DNA of 64,000 bases from an uncultured Candidatus Rokubacteria bacterium (GCA_963805625.1 CAWDVE010000021.1:32001-96000); one strand, 5' to 3'; shown: positions 1-10,589, counted from the stretch's first letter. The notes: generated by a model not told the origin, from the letters alone. Numbers and translations: made by a program.

Positions 1-48
1 GAGAAGCTCCGCCAAGCGCTGGTCCAGGCCGGCATTCTGAAGGCCTGA
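1..48 (+). CDS. dapA: 3' end of a gene, probably dihydrodipicolinate synthase (partial)
   Basis: Reads EKLRQALVQAGILKA* immediately upstream of dapB; typical DapA C-terminus and usual dapA-dapB order. Confidence 0.55.
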   Translation, partial: EKLRQALVQAGILKA

Positions 49-66
49 GAAGAGTCGACCCGGCCC

Positions 67-867
67 GTGGTCGAGCTGGTCGTCGCGGGCGCGGCCGGGC
101 GGATGGGCGGGCGGATCATCGCCCTGGCCCGGGACGCGGCAGAGTTCCGGGTGACAGGCGCCTTCGAGCGGGCCGGTCACCCCGCCCTCGGGCGCGACGC
201 CGGGGAGGTCGCCGGCGCAGGCCACTTGGGCGTGCCGATCGCCCTCGATCCCGGGCCGCTCCTCGCCGCGGGGCGCGTCCTCGTCGAGTTCACCGCGCCC
301 GAGCCGACCCTCGAGCACCTTCGTCTGGCCGCCGCCCGGGGCACCGGGGCAGTCGTCGGCACGACGGGTCTCCAGGCGGCTCAGGTCGACGAGGTTCGCC
401 GGCTCGCCGCGCGGGTGCCCATCATGCTCTCGCCCAACATGAGCGTCGGGGTGAACCTCGCCTTCCGCGTCCTGGCGCTGATGGCCAAGGCTCTCGGTGA
501 CGACTACGATGTCGAGATCACCGAGATCCACCACCGGATGAAGAAGGACGCGCCGAGCGGCACGGCCGCCAGGATGGCCGAGGTGATCGCCGAGGCGCTC
601 GGGCGCCGGATCGAGGATGCCGGGGTCTATGGTCGCCATGGCCTAGTCGGGGAGCGGACCACGAAGGAGATCGGCGTCCACGCTCTCCGGGGGGGCGATG
701 TCGTCGGCGAGCACACGGTCGTCTTCAGCACCGTCGGGGAGCGGCTCGAGCTGACCCACCGGGCCCACAGCCGCGACACGTTCGCGCACGGAGCGCTCCG
801 GGCGGTGCGGTTCGTCGCGACCGCTCCCCCGGGTCTCTACTCGATGCACGACGTCCTCGGGCTCTAG
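67..867 (+). CDS. dapB: 4-hydroxy-tetrahydrodipicolinate reductase
   Basis: GAAGRMG Rossmann motif, GTTG, EIHHRMKKDAPSGTA signature, RGGDVVGEH. Confidence 0.97.
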   Translation: MVELVVAGAAGRMGGRIIALARDAAEFRVTGAFERAGHPALGRDAGEVAGAGHLGVPIALDPGPLLAAGRVLVEFTAPEPTLEHLRLAAARGTGAVVGTTGLQAAQVDEVRRLAARVPIMLSPNMSVGVNLAFRVLALMAKALGDDYDVEITEIHHRMKKDAPSGTAARMAEVIAEALGRRIEDAGVYGRHGLVGERTTKEIGVHALRGGDVVGEHTVVFSTVGERLELTHRAHSRDTFAHGALRAVRFVATAPPGLYSMHDVLGL

Positions 868-885
868 CCGGGGACGGCCGCCCGC

Positions 886-1272
886 ATGAGCCCCGTCCGG
901 CCGAGCCGCGGACCGTCTGATATGCTTTTCGTGGAAGACATCCGGTTCTATGGTCATCACGGCGTCACCCCTGCCCAACAGGAGGTCGGGGCGTGGTTCT
1001 CGGTGGACGTCGAGCTCGCGCTCGACCTGACCCCGGCCGCGCTCTCCGACGACCTGGACGCGGGGGTCGACTACGGTCAGGTGGTGCAGCGCGTGGTGGC
1101 GGTGGGCACCGGCGGACGGGTCCACCTGATCGAGCGGCTGGCGGGACTGCTCTGCGAGGTGCTCCTTCGGGAGTATCCGGCGCGCGACGTCACGGTGACC
1201 GTACGCAAGGTGACCGCGCCGCTCGACGGGGTCGCCGCGGTGCCGGGGGTGTGCATGACACGGAGTCGCTAG
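886..1272 (+). CDS. folB: Dihydroneopterin aldolase
   Basis: FYGHHGV, SDDL..VDY and LIERLA motifs; adjacent to folK. Confidence 0.93.
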   Translation: MSPVRPSRGPSDMLFVEDIRFYGHHGVTPAQQEVGAWFSVDVELALDLTPAALSDDLDAGVDYGQVVQRVVAVGTGGRVHLIERLAGLLCEVLLREYPARDVTVTVRKVTAPLDGVAAVPGVCMTRSR

Positions 1273-1274
1273 GG

Positions 1275-1784
1275 ATGGCGCGGGTTTTTCTCTCGCTCGG
1301 CTCGAACCTGGGAGACCGGCGGCGGCACCTCGAGGTGGCGCTGGCCCGGCTCCGCTCGGAGATGGCGGTCCGCGTCGTCACGTGCTCGCAGGTCTACGAG
1401 ACGACACCCTGGCCAGAGATCGGCTCGCCGCGCGAGACATGGCACCTGAACTGCGCGGTCGAGATTGAGACCGAGCTGCCGCCCCACCGGCTCCTTCGAC
1501 TGACCCAGGCCATCGAGACCCAGTCGGGCCGGGTCTCCCCAGCGGGACCGCCCGGTCCATCGAGTCCGCGAACCCTGGACATCGACATCCTCCTCTACGC
1601 GGACCAGGTCATCGCGGAGGACCGCCTTCAGATCCCCCATCCGTTCCTGCACCTGCGCCGGTTCGTGCTGGTCCCCCTGGCCGATATCGCGCCCGAAGTC
1701 GAGCACCCGACGCTCTACCAGTCGATCATGGACCTGCTGGGCGAGCTACCCGGCGAGGGCGACGTGCTCCCGTACCCCGACTGA
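1275..1784 (+). CDS. folK: 2-amino-4-hydroxy-6-hydroxymethyldihydropteridine pyrophosphokinase
   Basis: LSLGSNLGDR, PRTLDIDILLY, IPHP..RRFVLVPL; start taken at ATG 1275. Confidence 0.95.
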   Translation: MARVFLSLGSNLGDRRRHLEVALARLRSEMAVRVVTCSQVYETTPWPEIGSPRETWHLNCAVEIETELPPHRLLRLTQAIETQSGRVSPAGPPGPSSPRTLDIDILLYADQVIAEDRLQIPHPFLHLRRFVLVPLADIAPEVEHPTLYQSIMDLLGELPGEGDVLPYPD

Positions 1785-1795
1785 TCCGCGGCCCC

Positions 1796-2356
1796 TTGCC
1801 CGGGGCGGGGCATTCTGCTAGTGTCCCGAGCCAGGGGCCAGCCTTGCCCGAGCCGTCCACCGAGTTTCGCCAGCAGGCGCTCACGCACCTCGACACGCTC
1901 TACAACTTCGCCCTGCGGCTGACCAAGCGGCCTCCGGACGCCGACGATCTCGTCCAGGAGACGTACCTCCGGGCCTTCCGGTTTGCCCACCGCTTCGAGC
2001 CGGGAACGCACCTCCGGGCCTGGTTGTTCCAGATACTGAGGAACACGTTCCTCACGTTCTACCGACGGGAGACGCACCAGCCGGTGCTCCTCGACAAGGA
2101 ACTGGACGACGGGTTCGAGGAGGCACCCGCGGGGGAGGCTCCGGACCCGGCAGTCGTGACCGTGCTGGACCTCGAGCGGGCGCTCTCGGAGCTGCCCGAG
2201 GATTTCCGGTCCGTGCTGCTCCTCGCGGACCTGGAAGGGCTGGCCTTACACGAGATCGGGCAGATCATGGACATCCCCATCGGGACGGTCAAGTCGCGAC
2301 TCTTCCGGGCGCGCCGGATGGTGCGCCGGCGCCTGGGCGATTACCGGACGAACTGA
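1796..2356 (+). CDS. ECF RNA polymerase sigma factor (start may be TTG 1844)
   Basis: DADDLVQETYLRAF, AWLFQILRN (region 2); IPIGTVKSRLFRAR (region 4). Confidence 0.93.
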   Translation: MPGAGHSASVPSQGPALPEPSTEFRQQALTHLDTLYNFALRLTKRPPDADDLVQETYLRAFRFAHRFEPGTHLRAWLFQILRNTFLTFYRRETHQPVLLDKELDDGFEEAPAGEAPDPAVVTVLDLERALSELPEDFRSVLLLADLEGLALHEIGQIMDIPIGTVKSRLFRARRMVRRRLGDYRTN

Positions 2357-2358
2357 GC

Positions 2359-3150
2359 ATGGACTGCCACGCGACCCGCGAGGTCCTCGAGGAGTACCGC
2401 CGGCGCGAGCTCGAGCCCGACCGCGCCCGGGCCGTCGAGACGCACCTCCAGGAATGCCCCGCATGCCGGGCAATCCTCGCGCGGGAAGAGGCGGTGGCCC
2501 GGCTCGTCCATGCCCTGCCCCGCCCGTCCGCGCCAGCGGCTCTGGTGCGCCAGGTCCAGGCCCTCGGCATGCGTCCTCGGGGGATCGCCGGCTGGCTGGG
2601 GCGCCCCTGGGTCGCCGCCGCCGTCGCGGCGATCGTCGTCGCGGCCGTACTCGCTCCGTGGCTGCGCCGGCCGGCGGAACGGCCCGGCGACATCGTCGAC
2701 GCCCTGATCCAGTCGGGTGTCGCGGAGCACCGGCGGATCCTGCTCGATCTCGAGGCGACTCCCCGGGAGATCAGCAATCCGGATGCCGACGCGCTCTTTC
2801 AGCGCGTCCGGTCGGTCACCACGGTCGAGCTCCCAAAGGTGTTCGCGGGAACTGACGAGCTCCACCTCCTCGCCGCGCGCCCCACGATCCTGGCAAGCCG
2901 GAAGACGGCGGCCGCCACGCTCCGCTACAAGACCTTGCCCGACACGACCTACTTCGTGCTTCCCGGACCGGATCTGCCCATGCCAACCGAGGGCCGGGTC
3001 CAGATCGAGCAATACCGGCCGTACATGCGCGAGGTCAACGGGTTCAACGTCGTGTACTGGAAGCAGAAGGACCTGGTCTACCTCATGGTATCGGGGCTCG
3101 ACCGGGAGGGGTGCCAGAAGCTGTACCTCAAGGTACGGCAGACGCTGTAG
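2359..3150 (+). CDS. Zinc-binding (ZAS) transmembrane anti-sigma factor
   Basis: HLQECPAC (HxxxCxxC), one TM helix, extracytoplasmic domain; directly follows the ECF sigma. Confidence 0.9.
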   Translation: MDCHATREVLEEYRRRELEPDRARAVETHLQECPACRAILAREEAVARLVHALPRPSAPAALVRQVQALGMRPRGIAGWLGRPWVAAAVAAIVVAAVLAPWLRRPAERPGDIVDALIQSGVAEHRRILLDLEATPREISNPDADALFQRVRSVTTVELPKVFAGTDELHLLAARPTILASRKTAAATLRYKTLPDTTYFVLPGPDLPMPTEGRVQIEQYRPYMREVNGFNVVYWKQKDLVYLMVSGLDREGCQKLYLKVRQTL

Positions 3151-3425
3151 CTGGCCTCCCAGGGGTCCGACGTGGTGCTCTTCGCCAGCGAGCAGAGCAT
3201 CTCGATCGCCGGCGTCATCGGCATCTTTATCCGGGTTGTGAAGCGGGCGCCTCGCATCATCTGCATGCCCGACTCGGTGAGCCGGCTCAGCCGCCTGAGA
3301 TTCCGGTCCCTAGCATGGACGGACCGCGCGCCGCAGATGCTGGATCCAGCCGCGGGTGTCCGCGAGGTGGCACGGGAGACTTCCCGCCCCTCCCCGATCG
3401 CTGACCGCCGCCGAGGGTCGCGGCG

Positions 3426-4253
3426 TCAGCTGGCCCGTGGATCCAGGAGGTCGCGGAGCCCGTCGCCGAGCAGGTTGAATCCGAGAACGGCGAGCGCGAT
3501 GGCGGCGCCGGGAAAGACCGCGTACCAGGGGGAGAGCTGGAGGAAGTTCTGGGCCTCCCGCAGCATGAGCCCCCACGACGGATGGGGCGGCTGGGGCCCG
3601 AGCCCAAGGTACGAGAGGGCCGCCTCGGCAAGGATCGCCAAGGGGAACGAGATGGTCGCCTGCACGATCAGCGGCGACACCGTGTTGGGCAGGATGTGGC
3701 GCCAGAGGATCAGCCCGTCCCGGGCCCCGAGCGCCCGCGCGGCCGTGACGAATTCCTGCGCCCGAAGCGACAGGACGCTCGCCCGCGTCAGCCGCGCGAA
3801 GACCGGCACGTACGCGATGCCGACGGCGATCATGCTGATGAGCACGCCGGGGCCGAACACCGACGTGACCAGGAGCGCGGAAAGGACCGCCGGGAATCCA
3901 TAGACAGCGTCCGTCACCCGCATCGCCGCCTCGTCGAGCCAGCCGCCGATCCAGCCACCGGCCGCGCCCAGGACCACGCCGACGCTCAAGCCGATCGCGA
4001 CCGCCACGGCCCCGACGGCGAGCGAGGCGATGGCTCCGCGCATGACCCGGGACAGGAGGTCGCGCCCGTACTGGTCGGTGCCCATCGGGTGGGTCGCGGA
4101 CGGCCCCTCCAGGCGGGCCGCGAGCTCCATGCGCAGGGGGTCCCGCGGCGTGTACACGAGGGAGCAGACGGCGGTCCCGACGATCGCCACGGTGAGCGCC
4201 AGGCCGACCGCGAACCCGGGATGGTGGAGCGCCCGACGCCAGCGCCTACTCAT
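3426..4253 (-). CDS. Peptide/nickel ABC transporter permease (DppC-like)
   Basis: HPMGTDQYGRD, EFVTAARALGA (EAA loop), EAALSYLGLG. Confidence 0.95.
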   Translation of the reverse strand: MSRRWRRALHHPGFAVGLALTVAIVGTAVCSLVYTPRDPLRMELAARLEGPSATHPMGTDQYGRDLLSRVMRGAIASLAVGAVAVAIGLSVGVVLGAAGGWIGGWLDEAAMRVTDAVYGFPAVLSALLVTSVFGPGVLISMIAVGIAYVPVFARLTRASVLSLRAQEFVTAARALGARDGLILWRHILPNTVSPLIVQATISFPLAILAEAALSYLGLGPQPPHPSWGLMLREAQNFLQLSPWYAVFPGAAIALAVLGFNLLGDGLRDLLDPRAS

Positions 4254-5190
4254 ACCGGATCCGTGGGTCGAGCACCGTGTAGAGGACGTCCACGATGAAG
4301 TTGAACGTGACGACTGTCACCGCGACGAAGAGCACCACGCCCTGCACGACCGGCAAGTCCCGGGCGCTGATCGCGCCGAGGGCGAGGCGGCCCAGGCCCG
4401 GCAGGTAGAAGACATTCTCCAGCACGATGCTGCCGGTCAGGAGCTGGCCGAGCTGGAGTCCCACGATCGTGACGATCGTGAGGAGCGCGTTCCGCAGAAC
4501 GTGCTTCCAGGTCACCATCCGCTCGGCGAGGCCCTTCGCGCGCGCGGTCCGCACGTGGTCGGCCCGGAGGACCTCGAGAACCGCCGCGCGCGTCGTTCGC
4601 GTTAGGATGGCCGCCTGGATCACTCCGAGCGCGAAGGCCGGCAGCAGCAGCGCACGGAGCCCCAGCCAGACGCCGCCCGACCACCCGTCGAACCCGCCCG
4701 CCTGCACCCAGCCGAGGCGCACGGCGAAGAGGAGGATCAGGAGGAGCCCGGCCCAGAACGACGGAATCGCGATGCCAAGCTGCGAGAGGAGCATCGCGAC
4801 GTAGTCCCCCGCCCGCCCCTGCCGGGTTGCCGCGAAGACCCCGAGCGGGATGGCCGTCAGCACCATGAAGGTGGCGGCGAGGACGGTGAGCGGCAGCGTG
4901 ACGGCGAGACGACTCAGGACCAGGCGCCCGACGCCCACGTCGTATTGGATCGACCGCCCGAGGTCGCCCCGGAGCGCGCTTCCGAGCCACTCCACGTACT
5001 GGACCAGGATGGGCCGGTCGAGCCCCATCGCGCGCCGGAGCGCCGCCGCCGCTTCCGGACTCGCCTCCGTGCCCATGATGAGGAGTGCTGGGTCCCCGGG
5101 CAGTATCCGGACGACGGTGAAGATCAGCAGCGAGACGACGAAGAGCGTGGCGAGAAACGCCACGGCCCGGCGCAGGATCAGCTGGCGCAT
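4246..5190 (-). CDS. Peptide/nickel ABC transporter permease (DppB-like)
   Basis: LPGDPA, GDLGRS, RTARAKGL, ENVFYLPGLG. Confidence 0.95.
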   Translation of the reverse strand: MRQLILRRAVAFLATLFVVSLLIFTVVRILPGDPALLIMGTEASPEAAAALRRAMGLDRPILVQYVEWLGSALRGDLGRSIQYDVGVGRLVLSRLAVTLPLTVLAATFMVLTAIPLGVFAATRQGRAGDYVAMLLSQLGIAIPSFWAGLLLILLFAVRLGWVQAGGFDGWSGGVWLGLRALLLPAFALGVIQAAILTRTTRAAVLEVLRADHVRTARAKGLAERMVTWKHVLRNALLTIVTIVGLQLGQLLTGSIVLENVFYLPGLGRLALGAISARDLPVVQGVVLFVAVTVVTFNFIVDVLYTVLDPRIRYE

Positions 5191-5284
5191 GGACAGCTCC
5201 GTGCCGCGGACGCCCGAGACGGCGCCGCCCCGAGGCGGACCCCGGGGCGGGCGGCGGCGGGTGACGGCACGGCCGCGCGCGACG

Positions 5285-6808
5285 CTATTTCGCCCAGCCC
5301 ACCTCCGAGAGGTCCAGGGACGGGGTGGGGAGGTCCTTCCAGATGCCCTGGACGCCCTTCTTGGCCGCCACCAGGCGCGGGTACACGTAGAGCCAGACGA
5401 CCGGGGCCTCGTCGGCCATGATCTTCTGGAGCTGGACGTACAGCTCGCGGCGCTTCTTGTCGTCGAGCATCAGCTCGGACTCCTGAAAGACCGTCTGGAA
5501 GCGCGGGCTCTCGTACCGGTAGTAGTACTTCGGGTTCGCGTAGTTGCCGGCATCCCAGGCCTCGGCGTGCCCGATGATCGTCATGTCGTAGTCGGCGTTC
5601 TTGTAGACGCGATCGAGCCACTGGCCCCACTCGATCTGCTCGAGCTTCACGCGGATGCCGACCTTGGCGAGCTGCGCGAGCAGCACCTCCCCCGTCCGCA
5701 CCGTGTACGAGTACTGCGGTGTGACCTTGAGGACGGCCTCGAAGCCGCTCGGGTATCCCGCCTCCGTGAGGAGCTGCTTGGCCCGCGCAGGGTCGTGCGG
5801 CACCGCCTTGGCCATGTCGACGAAGTAGGGGTTGAGCGGGTCGACGTTGGACCCGAGAACTCGCCCGAAGCCGAACATCGCCCCCTTCACGACCTCCGGC
5901 TTGTCGATGGCGTGCGTGATCGCGCGCCGGACCCTGACGTCGGAGAACGGCTTCTTCGAGTTGTTGAGCGCCAGGATGACATCGTTCGTGGTCTCACCCT
6001 GGATGAGCTGGAGGTTCGGGGTGCGGCGAACGACCTCGACCGATTCCGGCCCCAGGCCGAACGCCATCACGTCGATATCGCCCGCCTGGAGCGCGGCGAG
6101 CGCGGCATTGGCGTCGGGAATGAACCGGAACGTGACGCGCTCGAGCTTCGGCAGGCCCTTGACGTGATATTCGGGGTTGCGCTTGAGGATGATGCGGTCA
6201 CCCCGGTCCCAGCGCTCCAGCATGAACGGCCCGGTCCCGATGGGCTGCGACTTCTGCTGGTCCACGGCCTCCCGCGGATAGATCACCGAGCCCTGGCGCG
6301 CGAGATTGTAGAGGAACATCGCGTTGGTACGCTTGAGCGTGATCGTGACGGTGTAGGGATCCCGCACGTGGATCGTGGCGATGTCCTCGTACTGCCGGGC
6401 GTGGGGGTGCTTGGTCTCGGGGTTCCGGGCGCGGTCGAGGACGAACTTGACGTCCTCGGCAGTGAGCTCGCGACCGCCGTGGAACCGCACGCCCTTCTTG
6501 AGGAAGAAGGTGTAGTTGAGGTTGTCGGTCGTATGCCAACGCTCGGCGAGCCAGGGGACCAGTCGGCCCTGGGCGTCGACCTTAACCAGGGCCTCCTGGA
6601 TGTTGTAGAAGACGACGGTCGCCGTCGCCGATGCGGGCGTCGCGGTGAGGTCGAGCCCCGGCGGCTCCGCGGTGGTCTGCACCGCGAGGGCGGCGCCCTG
6701 CGCCCTGACGACGGGCGGCCCGAGGAGTCCAGGAATCCCGAGCCCGGAGCCGGCCGCCAGAACCGCGGCCGTTCCGAGAAGCCAGCCCAACCGAGGCCAT
6801 CTTGCCAT
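5285..6808 (-). CDS. Peptide ABC transporter substrate-binding protein (family 5)
   Basis: Signal peptide, LKKGVRFHGG, PIGTGPF, DVRVRRAITHAID; start at ATG 6808. Confidence 0.93.
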   Translation of the reverse strand: MARWPRLGWLLGTAAVLAAGSGLGIPGLLGPPVVRAQGAALAVQTTAEPPGLDLTATPASATATVVFYNIQEALVKVDAQGRLVPWLAERWHTTDNLNYTFFLKKGVRFHGGRELTAEDVKFVLDRARNPETKHPHARQYEDIATIHVRDPYTVTITLKRTNAMFLYNLARQGSVIYPREAVDQQKSQPIGTGPFMLERWDRGDRIILKRNPEYHVKGLPKLERVTFRFIPDANAALAALQAGDIDVMAFGLGPESVEVVRRTPNLQLIQGETTNDVILALNNSKKPFSDVRVRRAITHAIDKPEVVKGAMFGFGRVLGSNVDPLNPYFVDMAKAVPHDPARAKQLLTEAGYPSGFEAVLKVTPQYSYTVRTGEVLLAQLAKVGIRVKLEQIEWGQWLDRVYKNADYDMTIIGHAEAWDAGNYANPKYYYRYESPRFQTVFQESELMLDDKKRRELYVQLQKIMADEAPVVWLYVYPRLVAAKKGVQGIWKDLPTPSLDLSEVGWAK

Positions 6809-6911
6809 GGTCGCGCCTCCACCTGACGGCGGGTAGAAACCGCGCCCACTATACCCGAAGCGTGGAAGCGCGCTCAAGACGCGGACGGTCCCGTGCCATC
6901 ATGGGCGCGCG

Positions 6912-7373
6912 ATGCGCCGCGCCGCCCTCGTCTTCGTCGCCGTCGCCCTCACCCTGGCCGCCGTCGCGGTGGGCTTGCGCCGCGACCCCAGCGGCGGCCG
7001 GGTCGCCCAGCCACCCGCGCCCGGTCCCATCGCCGGGGAGGCCTCCAGGCCCGCGTCCGCGCCGACGGTCGCCGCGACGCCCGCCACCCGGCCGGGCACC
7101 ACCGGCAGCGCCGCCTCCGTCGGCCTCGAGCGGGCGCGAGACGTGCTGGCCGCGATCGAGACGCGGGGGGGCGAGCCCCCGGCGGGCCACGTCGGGGGGC
7201 GCGCGTTTCACAATCGCGAGCGGCGGCTGCCCGCGGGGCGGTACCGGGAGTACGATCTGCACCCGCGGGTCCCCGGTCAGGACCGGGGCCCGGAGCGGCT
7301 CGTCATCGAACAGACCTCCGGCCGGGCCTACTACACCAGCGATCACTACCGCACCTTCGTGCCACTGAACTGA
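6912..7373 (+). CDS. Secreted or membrane-anchored guanyl-specific ribonuclease (RNase Sa/barnase family)
   Basis: N-terminal hydrophobic helix; FHNRERRLP, YREYD, RGPERLV, YYTSDHYRTF. Confidence 0.93.
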   Translation: MRRAALVFVAVALTLAAVAVGLRRDPSGGRVAQPPAPGPIAGEASRPASAPTVAATPATRPGTTGSAASVGLERARDVLAAIETRGGEPPAGHVGGRAFHNRERRLPAGRYREYDLHPRVPGQDRGPERLVIEQTSGRAYYTSDHYRTFVPLN

Positions 7374-7384
7374 GGCGGGCCAGG

Positions 7385-7870
7385 ATGAGCTCACCGTCCC
7401 TCTCCGACCGGCTCGCGGCCACCGCGCCGCCCTGGGTCCACCTCCTGGTCGAAGCAGACGACGCGCCGGTGACGCTCCCGGCGCCACCTCCCGGCTTCGT
7501 GGTCCGGACGCTCGACGGCTGCCACTGCCGGACGAAACGCGCCCTGCTCGACGAGCTGGCTCGGGCCCTCGGGTTCCCGGCGCACTTCGGGCGAACGTGG
7601 GACGCGCTCGAGGACTGCCTCACGGATCTCGGCTGGCTCCCGGGTGCGGGGTACCGGCTCGTCGTCCTCGCCGCCGACCGCCTGCTCACCCGAGACCCGG
7701 CGGGCTACGCCACGTTCGTCGCGCTCCTCGAGGATGTCGGCCGCGCCTGGGCCACAGTCGCGACCGGCCACCCGGGTCGGGGCGCGACGCCCTTCCACAC
7801 GGTCCTGGTGGTCCCCGCACGTCGACTCGGTGCGCGGCCAAGCTGGGGGGTGCCGCGTCCGAGCGACTGA
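7385..7870 (+). CDS. Barstar-family RNase inhibitor
   Basis: LGFPAHFGRTWDALEDCLTDLGW; directly downstream of the RNase. Confidence 0.9.
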   Translation: MSSPSLSDRLAATAPPWVHLLVEADDAPVTLPAPPPGFVVRTLDGCHCRTKRALLDELARALGFPAHFGRTWDALEDCLTDLGWLPGAGYRLVVLAADRLLTRDPAGYATFVALLEDVGRAWATVATGHPGRGATPFHTVLVVPARRLGARPSWGVPRPSD

Positions 7871-7962
7871 CGCGACGGCCGCGCCGCCTCGGGGCACCGG
7901 CGCGTTCCTCCGCCACGAACGCTTGACAAGCGACGGTGGGACAACTCACGCTGGAAGTGTCA

Positions 7963-10530
7963 ATGCCGCCTCGCGCGCGTCAACCTGCCCGGGCCAAGTC
8001 GAGCGGGGCCCCGGGCCTCGTGACCCCGGAGCGTGCGCCGGCAGCGCCCGCATCGGGGCCAACCCCCGCTGACTTCGAGAAGCTCGGCGTTTTCTACCTC
8101 GGGCGCCCCTACGATCTCGCCGCCAAGAAACCCGGATCGGGCCTCCTGCTCTACGACTCGAAGGATCTCGTCACCCACGCGGTGTGCATCGGGATGACGG
8201 GGAGCGGCAAGACAGGCCTCTGCCTCGCGCTCATCGAGGAGGCCCTGCTCGACGGCATCCCCGTGCTCCTCATCGATCCGAAGGGCGACCTCCCGAACCT
8301 CTGCCTCACATTCCCGGAGCTCCGCCCGGAGGATTTCGCCCCGTGGGTCAACGAGGACGACGCGCGCCGGAAGGGGCTCGCGGTGGACGCGTATGCCGCG
8401 CAGCAAGCGGAGCTCTGGCGAACGGGGCTCGCGGCATGGGGCCAGGACGGCGCGCGAATCCGGCGGCTCCGCGACGCGGCCGACGTCGCGGTCTACACGC
8501 CCGGCAGCACCGCCGGGCTTCCGATCTCGATCGTCAAGTCGTTCGCGGCCCCCCCGGCCACCGTGCGCGACGACACCGAGCTGTTCCGCGACCGCATCGG
8601 GACCACCGCCACGAGCCTCCTCGGACTCCTCGGGGTCGAGGCGGACCCCCTCCGGAGCCGCGAGCACATCCTGCTCGCGAAGCTTTTCGAGACCGCGTGG
8701 CGAGAAGGCCGCGACCTCGATCTGCCCGGGCTCATCCAGCAGATCCAGAGCCCGCCGATCGCCAAGGTGGGCGCGCTGGACCTCGAGGCGTTCTTCCCGG
8801 GAAAGGACCGGTTCGAGCTGGCGACCCGGCTGAACAACCTCCTCGCCGCCCCGGGATTCGACGCCTGGCTCGAGGGCGAGCCGCTCGACATCGGCGCGCT
8901 CCTCCACACGCCCGAGGGTAAGCCCCGCGCCACGATCCTCTCGATCGCTCACCTGTCCGACGCCGAGCGCATGTTCTTCGTCTCGCTCCTGCTGAACGAG
9001 ATGCTCGGGTGGGTGCGGGCCCAGTCCGGGACGACCAGCCTCCGGGCGCTGCTCTACATGGACGAGGTCTTCGGCTACTTCCCGCCGGTCGCGAATCCGC
9101 CGTCGAAGCTCCCCCTCCTCACCCTCCTCAAGCAGGCGCGCGCGTTCGGGGTGGGCGTGGTGCTCGCCACCCAGAACCCGGTCGACCTCGACTACAAGGG
9201 CCTCGCCAACACGGGGACGTGGTTCATCGGGCGGCTCCAGACCGACCGGGACCGCGCCCGCGTGCTCGACGGTCTCGAAGGCGCGGCGGCCGGTGGCGAC
9301 AAGCGCTTCGACCGCGCTGCAATGGAGGAGATCCTGGGCGGTCTCGGGAGCCGGATCTTCCTCTTGAACAACGTGCACGAGGACGCGCCCGAGATCTTCG
9401 AGACTCGGTGGGCGATGTCCTACCTGCGCGGCCCGTTGACCCGCACTCAGATCAAGCAGCTCATGGCAGACCGGAAGCCGGTCCCAGGGCGTCCCGCCGG
9501 CACGCCGGCCAGCGGCGCAGCACCCGCCGCCAGCCGAGACCCGGCATCCGCCGCCAGCGCCGCGCCGGCGCTCAGCCGAGGCGGGGTGCGGCCGGTGCTC
9601 CCGCCCGGCGTTCCTCAGCATTTCGTGTCCGTGCGCGGAACCGCGCCCGCGGGCGCCGCGCTCGTCTACCAGCCCATGGTCCTGGGCGCGGCCACCGTGC
9701 GCTTCGCGGACGCGAAGGCGGGCGTCGACCAGAGCGAGGAGGTCGTCGTCGCGACTCCCGTCACGGAAGCAGCGGTCCCGGTGAGCTGGGATGGATCGGT
9801 CCCCATCGACGTCGCCGTGGCCGACCTCGAGGCAACGCCGGGCGCCGCCGGCGACTGGGCGCCGCTCCCCTCGGCCGCCGCCAAGCCCAAGAGCTACGAG
9901 GGCTGGAGCCGCGACCTGGCGGCGTGGCTCTACGGGCACCGGCGGCTCGAGCTCCTCCGCGACCCCGCCTCGGGTGCGCTCTCACGCCCAGGCGAGAGCG
10001 AGCGCGACTTCCGGGTCCGGGTCCGCGAGGCGTCCCGGGCCGAGCGCGACGAGCGCGTGGAGACCCTGCGCAAGAAGTACGCACCCAAGCGCGTAGCGCT
10101 CGAAGAGCGTCTCCGGCGGGCGCAGCAGTCGGAGGCTCGGGAGCGGGAGCAGGTGAGCCAGCAGGGCGTCCAGGCGGCGATCTCGATCGGCGCCACCATC
10201 CTCGGCGCCGTGCTCGGGCGGAAGACGGTGAGCGTCGGCAACATCGGACGCGCGACGACAGCCGCGCGGGGGGCCGGACGCGTCCTCAAGGAGCGCGAGG
10301 ACGTCGCGCGTGCCCAGGAAACGGTGGCGGCGGTCCAGCAGGCGCTGGCTGCCCTCGAAGCCGAGCTTCAGGACGAGCTGGCCGCCCTCGAGGTCCGGGG
10401 CGAGCCCGATCGCCTCGAGCCCGTGGCCGTGCGGCCGAAGAAGACCGATGTGCGGGTGCGGCTGTGCGCGCTCGTCTGGACGCCCTACTGGCGCGACCAC
10501 GCGGGCACGCTGACGCCCGCCTGGACATGA
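7963..10530 (+). CDS. HerA/FtsK-like P-loop ATPase (DUF87/DUF853-like) with C-terminal coiled coil
   Basis: Walker A GMTGSGKT, IDPKGD, Walker B LYMDE, LATQNPVDLDYK. Confidence 0.85.
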   Translation: MPPRARQPARAKSSGAPGLVTPERAPAAPASGPTPADFEKLGVFYLGRPYDLAAKKPGSGLLLYDSKDLVTHAVCIGMTGSGKTGLCLALIEEALLDGIPVLLIDPKGDLPNLCLTFPELRPEDFAPWVNEDDARRKGLAVDAYAAQQAELWRTGLAAWGQDGARIRRLRDAADVAVYTPGSTAGLPISIVKSFAAPPATVRDDTELFRDRIGTTATSLLGLLGVEADPLRSREHILLAKLFETAWREGRDLDLPGLIQQIQSPPIAKVGALDLEAFFPGKDRFELATRLNNLLAAPGFDAWLEGEPLDIGALLHTPEGKPRATILSIAHLSDAERMFFVSLLLNEMLGWVRAQSGTTSLRALLYMDEVFGYFPPVANPPSKLPLLTLLKQARAFGVGVVLATQNPVDLDYKGLANTGTWFIGRLQTDRDRARVLDGLEGAAAGGDKRFDRAAMEEILGGLGSRIFLLNNVHEDAPEIFETRWAMSYLRGPLTRTQIKQLMADRKPVPGRPAGTPASGAAPAASRDPASAASAAPALSRGGVRPVLPPGVPQHFVSVRGTAPAGAALVYQPMVLGAATVRFADAKAGVDQSEEVVVATPVTEAAVPVSWDGSVPIDVAVADLEATPGAAGDWAPLPSAAAKPKSYEGWSRDLAAWLYGHRRLELLRDPASGALSRPGESERDFRVRVREASRAERDERVETLRKKYAPKRVALEERLRRAQQSEAREREQVSQQGVQAAISIGATILGAVLGRKTVSVGNIGRATTAARGAGRVLKEREDVARAQETVAAVQQALAALEAELQDELAALEVRGEPDRLEPVAVRPKKTDVRVRLCALVWTPYWRDHAGTLTPAWT

Positions 10531-10589
10531 GCCCGGGACCCGTCCCCGGAGAGGCGGCACCGACGCCGCCACGAAAGGAGCAGCATCAC

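Noticed and set aside
3151-3425. SDR-like C-terminal fragment (DVVLFASEQSISIAG) in the spacer
   Set aside because: Too short and degenerate to support without a search
4850-6826. Long antisense and alternate-frame ORFs (e.g. 4850..6826 +, 7960..9939 -, 39703..41742 +, 57775..59961 +)
   Set aside because: Shadows of real genes, expected in very GC-rich DNA with few stop codons; no recognisable motifs
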